From an uncultured Actinomycetota bacterium (GTDB lineage Bacteria > Actinomycetota > Acidimicrobiia > Spongiisociales > UBA4744), in NCBI GenBank assembly GCA_963717135.1, contig CAVQVN010000009.1, positions 632,269 to 696,268 of the forward strand: a DNA stretch of 64,000 bases, read 5' to 3'. Each line of letters starts with the position of its first letter. Position 1 is the stretch's first letter. Shown here piece by piece: positions 54,982 through 64,000 of this stretch. A program made the position numbers and the translations under genes. Under the pieces are notes generated by a model, which made no database searches, was not told the DNA's origin, and saw nothing but the letters and a program-made list of their open reading frames with translations.

Positions 54982-56384
54982 AGCTTTTGATGGCAGCCGC
55001 GGAGTTTTCTCCCTTGGCCCGCACCGGCGGGATGGGAGAAGCAGTGGCGGGACTCGCCGCGGCTTTGGCTGATCAGGGCATTGAGGTCACAGTGGCCCTT
55101 CCCCGCTACCAGCATCTCCGCACAACCGGGGAACTCGACGACGGGCTGTCGATAGCCGCCTACCGCGCTCAACTGGCCGGCGTCGAGGTATTGCTCATCG
55201 ATGACGACGAGGCTTTCGATCGACCCGGCATCTACGGCCCGAAGCCCGGCACCGCCTATGGGGACGAGTGGTTTCGATGGGCTAGGTTCTCATCGGCCGT
55301 CGCCCGCCTGGCGGCCGATTTCGACCTCGTTCATCTTCACGACGGTCATGTCGGTCCGGTCGCCCTGCTCACCGACGTGCCGACGGTGCAAACGATTCAC
55401 AACGCTTCGTATCCACTGCTGGGCCCGCTGGCCGACGCCGCCGAAGAGCTCAACATCTCCTGGTCGGACCGGAGGTTGGGCGGTGCGCTCGAGTGGTACG
55501 GGCAAGCCAACTATCTCAAAGCCGGGATCGTCGGAGCCACCCGCGTCACGACGGTCAGTCCGACGTTCGCATCCCAGATCTCGGTTGATGACTCGGTCAC
55601 CGGCGGGTTGAGTGAGGTCATCAGGTGGCTCGAGCACCCGGTAGTCGGCATCGTGAACGGCATCGACACCAAGGCCTGGGATCCGAAGGGCGACCCGAGT
55701 CTGGCCGCTCCGTTTTCAGCCGGGAAGCTCAAACCTCGAGCCGAATCGCGCCACGCTCTGCTCGAGAAAGCCGGCCTCGATGATGGGTTCGTGACCGGCA
55801 ACGTGGGAAGAATGACCGAACAGAAGGGCCTTCACCTTATCGACGCGGACCTGAATCGCCTCGTGGAAGATGGCCTGCGAATGGTCCTCATCGGGAACGG
55901 CAATCTCGATGCGATGGTCGACGGTTGGGAACTGCGCCATGCGAGGGCCGTTCGCCACTTCGAATATTCCGAGGATTTGGCCCGCTTGTTGTTCGCCGGG
56001 GCCGACGCCTATTTCATGCCCTCCCAATTCGAGCCCTGCGGGATAGGTCAGCTCTACGCGATGCGCTACGGATGCCCGCCCCTCGCTCACCTCACCGGCG
56101 GCCTGGCAGACACAGTGGTCGATCTCGACGAACGGCCCGAGGAAGGAACCGGACTCGGGTTCCGCGGTTTTCTACCCGAAGAGGCGACCAAAACCATCCG
56201 TCGCGCCATGCGGATTCACCGAACCTCAAAGAAGGAGTGGAAGAAGCTGCAACGAAACGGAATGACTTCCGACTTCTCGTGGGATCATGCGGCTCGCCAA
56301 TACCTTCCGGTGTATGCGGCGGCTCTCGGGACTCCGATAGATCAGGCGGGGCTAAATCCTGTTTCTCCCCCATCCGACATTTGA
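54978..56384 (+). CDS. glgA: Glycogen synthase (GT5)
   Basis: 468 aa. AAEFSPLARTGGMGEAV (K/RTGGL-type motif) and a C-terminal GT-B domain. Confidence 0.9.
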   Translation: MKLLMAAAEFSPLARTGGMGEAVAGLAAALADQGIEVTVALPRYQHLRTTGELDDGLSIAAYRAQLAGVEVLLIDDDEAFDRPGIYGPKPGTAYGDEWFRWARFSSAVARLAADFDLVHLHDGHVGPVALLTDVPTVQTIHNASYPLLGPLADAAEELNISWSDRRLGGALEWYGQANYLKAGIVGATRVTTVSPTFASQISVDDSVTGGLSEVIRWLEHPVVGIVNGIDTKAWDPKGDPSLAAPFSAGKLKPRAESRHALLEKAGLDDGFVTGNVGRMTEQKGLHLIDADLNRLVEDGLRMVLIGNGNLDAMVDGWELRHARAVRHFEYSEDLARLLFAGADAYFMPSQFEPCGIGQLYAMRYGCPPLAHLTGGLADTVVDLDERPEEGTGLGFRGFLPEEATKTIRRAMRIHRTSKKEWKKLQRNGMTSDFSWDHAARQYLPVYAAALGTPIDQAGLNPVSPPSDI

Positions 56385-56390
56385 GCCTTT

Positions 56391-56408
56391 CGACCTATCA
56401 AGTACACC
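56391..56408. promoter_or_regulatory. Motif CGACCTATCAAGTACACC ~50 bp upstream of the flp-like gene (near-identical to 23954-23971)
   Basis: Seen directly. Confidence 0.3.
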
Positions 56409-56453
56409 GGAATCAGCACCGATAATGGTCGGGAGCGACGAGTGAGGAGTCAC

Positions 56454-56621
56454 ATGCTTCGGTTGCTCCGGATAGTGCACAATTTCCAGAACGGCGCCAG
56501 CCTCGTTGAGTACGGGCTTCTCGTCTTGTTGATTGCTCTGGTAGCCATTATGGCCGTAACGTTTGCCGGCAATCAGAATTCGTTGCTTTACAGCGAGATC
56601 GCCAGCGCGGTCAATCACTAG
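56454..56621 (+). CDS. flp: Flp/Fap-family type IVb pilin precursor
   Basis: 55 aa, not in the ORF track: MLRLLRIVHNFQNGASLVEYGLLVLLIALVAIMAVTFAGNQNSLLYSEIASAVNH. Classic Flp motif G-A-S-x-V-E-Y-G-L followed by a hydrophobic helix. GAGGAG RBS 6 nt upstream. Confidence 0.65.
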   Translation: MLRLLRIVHNFQNGASLVEYGLLVLLIALVAIMAVTFAGNQNSLLYSEIASAVNH

Positions 56622-56741
56622 CGCAACCGCCATTCAGAACGGACAGCGAACGGGCGGCGGCGTCTTCCTGTGACCTTCTCCCCTAGGCAGGCCCTCATAT
56701 TGGGTCCAGCATTGGTGGTACATCGAGAAGGGAGCCCGACC

Positions 56742-56960
56742 GTGCCGGAGAGCGTGTACAAAGTCATCGAATTGGTGGGAACCAGCCCCGATTCGTGGGA
56801 AAAGGCCGCCGCGGCGGCAGTCGAGGTGGCTGCCAAATCACTCCAGGATCTCCGCATTGCCGAAATCGCCGATCTCGACATGCAAATCGGTGATCAAGGT
56901 GAGGTGCTGGCCTACCGCGCCAAAGTGAAGATCTCCTTCAAATACCGCAGCGGCGACTGA
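56742..56960 (+). CDS. Dodecin family flavin-binding protein
   Basis: 72 aa from GTG 56742 (GAAGGGAG RBS). VYKVIELVGTSPDSWEKAA…YRAKVKISF matches the dodecin pattern. Confidence 0.6.
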   Translation: MPESVYKVIELVGTSPDSWEKAAAAAVEVAAKSLQDLRIAEIADLDMQIGDQGEVLAYRAKVKISFKYRSGD

Positions 56961-56966
56961 GCTCCG

Positions 56967-58016
56967 TCAGCTCAAAAACCGGTGGAGCGCCTCAAACGCC
57001 ACCCGCAAGTTGGCGAGGGCGACACTCTCAGCCACTTGATGGGATTGGGCTGTTTCGCCCGGACCGTAGTTGACCGCCGGGATCCCGTATTGCGCCAACC
57101 GTGCCACGTCGGTCCAGGCTTGCTTGGGAGTACGGGCGGCGCCCGATAACCTGGCCAGGCGCTCGAAGTGCGGATTTCCCTCCGGAACCGGTCCGGCCGG
57201 TGCCAGATCGACGATCTCCACCACATCAGCCGGGGCCGCCAACTCCAACAAGACAGCGACCGCTTCGTCGAGGGTCTTGTCCGGGGCAAAGCGATAATTG
57301 AGATTGAGGTCGAAACTGGCCGGGATGATGTTGCGGGCCACCCCTCCCGACGCAGTTGTGATCGAGAAGACTTCCTTGAACTCGAGCCCGTCGATCACGA
57401 AACTCTCCGGTGAACGGGAATGGAGCTCGGCCAGCCAGGATCCGGCCTTCGTGACGGCATTCTCCCCCAGCCAGGGGCGGGCACTATGCGCCGAATGACC
57501 TTCGAATCGGACGTTTGCGTTGATGGTGCCCACGCAACCCACCTGCAGCTCGAGGTCGGTCGGTTCGAGCACAACTGCAAATTCGGCTTCCGACAACCAC
57601 GGAGCCTGCTTCAACACTGGTTCGAGCCCGCTCTCGTCAACCGGGCCTTCCTCTTTGTCGTAGAACAGGCCCACCACGTCGTAGGGACCCTGCCGGATCG
57701 CTTGGTCCTCGAGCAGGTGCACCATGACCGCCAACCCGGACTTCATGTCTGAGGCGCCCAATCCGGTGAGGCGACCATCTTCGATCGTGGCCGGCCCCTG
57801 ACCTTGAGCGGGAACGGTGTCGATGTGCCCGACCAGGAGGATGAGGGGTTTCTGAGTACGTTTCCCGACAATGAGACTGTTGCCCAACCGTTCGACTCCG
57901 TCGATTCCCCAGGTCGACATGAGCCGTTCTGCCAGAGCAGTGCACAATCTGCCCTCATCCCCGATCTCTGAGGGCATATCAACTAGATCGATGAGGGTGG
58001 AAACCAGATCAGTCAT
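56967..58016 (-). CDS. dapE: Succinyl-diaminopimelate desuccinylase (M20 peptidase family)
   Basis: Start ATG 58016 (ATGA overlap with dapD; MTDLVSTLIDLVDMPS…). The listed ORF's 218-aa N-terminal extension is out-of-frame overlap with dapD. HIDTVP metal-binding motif. Confidence 0.8.
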   Translation of the reverse strand: MTDLVSTLIDLVDMPSEIGDEGRLCTALAERLMSTWGIDGVERLGNSLIVGKRTQKPLILLVGHIDTVPAQGQGPATIEDGRLTGLGASDMKSGLAVMVHLLEDQAIRQGPYDVVGLFYDKEEGPVDESGLEPVLKQAPWLSEAEFAVVLEPTDLELQVGCVGTINANVRFEGHSAHSARPWLGENAVTKAGSWLAELHSRSPESFVIDGLEFKEVFSITTASGGVARNIIPASFDLNLNYRFAPDKTLDEAVAVLLELAAPADVVEIVDLAPAGPVPEGNPHFERLARLSGAARTPKQAWTDVARLAQYGIPAVNYGPGETAQSHQVAESVALANLRVAFEALHRFLS

Positions 58017-58819
58017 ACCGTCACCTCGAAGGTACGGAGGGCATCGTTGAGCGAAGTTCGATCGTCGGTCGAACCAGAACGCTGCCCGATTATGTATGCG
58101 CACTGCAACTGGACGATTCCGGCTGCGAACTCCCGCGGCCGGGTACCGGGCACGACCACCGATCGGGCGGGGACCCGACCCCGGTAGTCGATCGGTTCGG
58201 CCTCCGTGACATCGATGATGGGGGTAGTCGCCGTAATGGTGGTGTTGGCACCGAGCACAGCTCCCTCCTCCACGATGGCGCCCTCGGTAATGATGCAGCG
58301 GCTTCCGATAAAGGCGCCGTCCTCGATGATGACCGGACGGGCGTTGGGTGGTTCGAGTACCCCACCGAGGCCCACTCCGCCCGACAGATGGACATTGCGG
58401 CCCACCTGAGCGCAAGACCCGACCGTCGCCCACGTGTCGACCAACGTGCCGGCCCCAACGTAGGCACCGATGTTGACATAACCCGGCATAACGACGACCC
58501 CCGGCTCGCAAAAGGCGCCGTACCGAACGGTTCCCGGTGGGACAACCCGAATGCCCGAGTCGCGCAGGTTGGACTTGGTCGGTATCTTGTCGTGGTATTC
58601 GAACTCGCCGGCCGACATCGTGTGGAGTTCGGTAATCCGGAAGTAGAGGAGGATGGCCTCTTTCACCCACTCGTTGACGACCCAGTTGCCATCACGTTTT
58701 TCCGCAACCCGCAGCTTTCCTTCGTCCAAGAGGCCGATGGTGCGATGGATGGCTGCGGTTGCCTCCCCGATCAGGTTGAGATCGGCATAGGCGGTCTCTA
58801 TCAAGTCTCGGTCAGACAC
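58013..58819 (-). CDS. dapD: 2,3,4,5-tetrahydropyridine-2,6-dicarboxylate N-succinyltransferase
   Basis: 268 aa. Left-handed β-helix hexapeptide repeats and DapD-type blocks. Confidence 0.9.
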   Translation of the reverse strand: MSDRDLIETAYADLNLIGEATAAIHRTIGLLDEGKLRVAEKRDGNWVVNEWVKEAILLYFRITELHTMSAGEFEYHDKIPTKSNLRDSGIRVVPPGTVRYGAFCEPGVVVMPGYVNIGAYVGAGTLVDTWATVGSCAQVGRNVHLSGGVGLGGVLEPPNARPVIIEDGAFIGSRCIITEGAIVEEGAVLGANTTITATTPIIDVTEAEPIDYRGRVPARSVVVPGTRPREFAAGIVQLQCAYIIGQRSGSTDDRTSLNDALRTFEVTV

Positions 58820-59946
58820 GCTTTCAAGACCTCCGTGGCTTGCTGGGTTTCGTCAAGGGTAGGAATCAAGGCGAGCCTGACAAAGCCCTCGCCTCCGGAT
58901 CCGAAAGCTCTCCCGGGTGACACGACGATGCCCCGGGTCAAGAGGCGTTCGGCGACGGCCACATCATCGCCTACCCGTGCCCAAATGTAGATCCCGGCGT
59001 TGGAGGCAACGACTTCATGACCGGTGTCCTCGAAGGCGGTGCGCAGAATCGCTCGCTTGGCCGCAAAAATGGCTCGCCGCTCCGCCACGTGGTCATCATC
59101 CTTCCAGGCGGTAATGGCGGCTTTCTGGATGAATTCTGGAGAGGCAGTGCCGGTCGAAGTCCGCAGATCCTTGAGGGCGGCGATGCCTTCTGCGTCTCCG
59201 ACGATGGCGGCAGACCGGTAACCGGTCATACCGGACCTCTTGGACAGGCTCAGGTAGGACAGCGCCCCCGGGGTCCCCGGTCCGGCCACCTCGAGGATGG
59301 AGGGAGGGGGCGGGCCTTCATGAAGGTCGACGTAACACTCGTCGGCGCACAGCCAAACGTCGGACCGTCTGGCCCGTCGGTAGAGATCCTCGAGACCGGC
59401 CCGATCGATGACGGCTCCGGTGGGATTGTGGGGATAGTTAGTCCAGACGATCGCTGCCCGATCCCACACATCGTCGGGGATCTGTTCCGACCGGAGGACG
59501 AAGTCCCCATCGAGGGTTACCGGGCATCCTTCCGCCCCTGCCAAAAGGGCGCCTCGTTGGTAGATCGGGTAGCCGGGAGTGGCCCAGACGACCGCCGTTT
59601 TGGCTGCTCTGTCGACAAAGGCCAGCGGGGTTGAGAAGATAGCTTCCTTCGAACCGGCGGTCGGCAACACCTGCGTGTCGGGGTCGACCTCGACCCCGAA
59701 CCGGCGGCGAACATACTCCGCTATCGAAATGCGAAGCTCAGGAAGCCCCGCAGTAGTCGGGTATTGGGAGACTTCGGGAACGGAGCGGCGCAACTCTTCG
59801 GGGACAAAACGAGGGGTCGGCTCACGAGGATCTCCAATCGAAAAGTCCAGCAAAGGTTGTCCGGCCGCCCGCATCGCCCGGACCCGTTCGTGAAGAGTCG
59901 CGATGGGGTACGCGCCAAGTTGTGTGAGTACCGGATTGGTCTGCAT
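58801..59946 (-). CDS. dapC: Class I/II aminotransferase, probable N-succinyldiaminopimelate aminotransferase
   Basis: 381 aa, fold-type I. PLP-Lys region SLSKRSGMTGYR. Adjacent to dapD and dapE. Confidence 0.75.
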   Translation of the reverse strand: MQTNPVLTQLGAYPIATLHERVRAMRAAGQPLLDFSIGDPREPTPRFVPEELRRSVPEVSQYPTTAGLPELRISIAEYVRRRFGVEVDPDTQVLPTAGSKEAIFSTPLAFVDRAAKTAVVWATPGYPIYQRGALLAGAEGCPVTLDGDFVLRSEQIPDDVWDRAAIVWTNYPHNPTGAVIDRAGLEDLYRRARRSDVWLCADECYVDLHEGPPPPSILEVAGPGTPGALSYLSLSKRSGMTGYRSAAIVGDAEGIAALKDLRTSTGTASPEFIQKAAITAWKDDDHVAERRAIFAAKRAILRTAFEDTGHEVVASNAGIYIWARVGDDVAVAERLLTRGIVVSPGRAFGSGGEGFVRLALIPTLDETQQATEVLKACLTET

Positions 59947-59984
59947 GAATGCAACGCTAGTGGTTCATTCCCCTTCCGCGGCTG

Positions 59985-60425
59985 TTGACCGGCATCCCCC
60001 GTACAATCCCGACCGTGACCAGTCCAGGACCCGGGTATCGGAAGATCTACCTCGCCCTCGGTGTGAGCTTGGTATTCGTGGTCGCCCTGGGCATCGCCTT
60101 CGGTGCCCCGGACAGGGTCGGAGCCGGACGACCGCAGCAGATCGAGGCGATCAGTCCCGAACCAGGAGAGACCGTGCTCCGCCAGACGGGCATCGAGGTC
60201 GACGTGCCGGCCGGTTATGCCATCGATCTATTCTTGGACGGTCTCCTCATTCCCGCCGACGAACTGTTCTTCGTCGAAGGCACCGGGGTTTATCGGTGGG
60301 ATCCGGGACCCGGAAAGGCAATCACCGAGTTGTCGTCCGGGCAACACGAGGTCTTGGTGCGCTGGCGAACTCTGGCCGGTCTCCCCGATGAGGGCGAGTA
60401 CGCCTGGACCTTCCGGGCCTACTAA
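59985..60425 (+). CDS. Hypothetical membrane-anchored protein
   Basis: One N-terminal TM helix (IYLALGVSLVFVVALGIAF). A TACAAT -10-like box at ~60000 and a GTG at 60016 suggest a possibly leaderless, shorter product. Confidence 0.45.
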   Translation: MTGIPRTIPTVTSPGPGYRKIYLALGVSLVFVVALGIAFGAPDRVGAGRPQQIEAISPEPGETVLRQTGIEVDVPAGYAIDLFLDGLLIPADELFFVEGTGVYRWDPGPGKAITELSSGQHEVLVRWRTLAGLPDEGEYAWTFRAY

Positions 60426-60427
60426 TT

Positions 60428-60480
60428 CCGTTCTTGCGTCAACCCCGCGCGCCATTTGTCGGTTTTTGACGCAAGAACGG
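60428..60480. terminator. Long hairpin (15-bp perfect stem ccgttcttgcgtcaa / ttgacgcaagaacgg, 23-nt loop) between convergent genes; likely bidirectional terminator
   Basis: Seen directly. Begins 3 nt after the stop at 60425. The lipoprotein stop on the minus strand is at 60483. Confidence 0.6.
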
Positions 60481-60482
60481 AT

Positions 60483-64000
<3,518 letters not shown>

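Noticed and set aside
58017-58670. 218-aa N-terminal extension of ORF 56967-58670
   Set aside because: Out-of-frame overlap with dapD, low-complexity Arg/His/Gly. The dapE start is placed at 58016 (ATGA coupling).

Overview
High-GC (~68%) actinobacterial-type chromosomal window. It is densely coding, mostly on the minus strand, and many adjacent genes overlap by 4 nt (ATGA/GTGA), which indicates long operons.

Conserved housekeeping genes are present: gltX with tRNA-Glu, ilvE, gatCAB, dapC/dapD/dapE, ligA, mnmA (partial), glgA with a GH57 enzyme, and ald.

The centre (about 9.1-41.8 kb) is a nitrogen-scavenging / guanidino-compound and polyamine catabolic island. It holds a five-gene peptide-type ABC transporter and two paralogous glycine-amidinotransferase-like genes, each paired with a class-III aminotransferase. 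It also holds agmatine deiminase with N-carbamoylputrescine amidase, an agmatinase-family ureohydrolase, an amidase-signature amidase, two amidohydrolases, alanine dehydrogenase and a CoA-transferase.

Five copies of a 16-bp palindrome (CTAT-N6-ATAG, the AmtR-box architecture) sit in the promoter regions of these units. One of them is next to the only regulator in the window, a TetR/AmtR-like gene.

A tungsten/molybdenum pterin enzyme system is interleaved with this island. It has two aldehyde:ferredoxin-oxidoreductase (AOR) family genes, one of them frameshifted, and two unusual MoeA fusions (MoaD-MoeA and MoeA plus a periplasmic-binding-like domain). A TupABC/ModABC-type oxyanion transporter and several small hypothetical or membrane genes accompany them.

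Other notable elements:
- a triplet of ~250-280-bp tandem repeats next to a frameshifted DUF222-HNH endonuclease pseudogene;
- a frameshifted EEP hydrolase;
- an unlisted Flp-pilin gene and a dodecin gene;
- recurring short tandem heptamer tracts immediately after stop codons;
- two related long hairpins.
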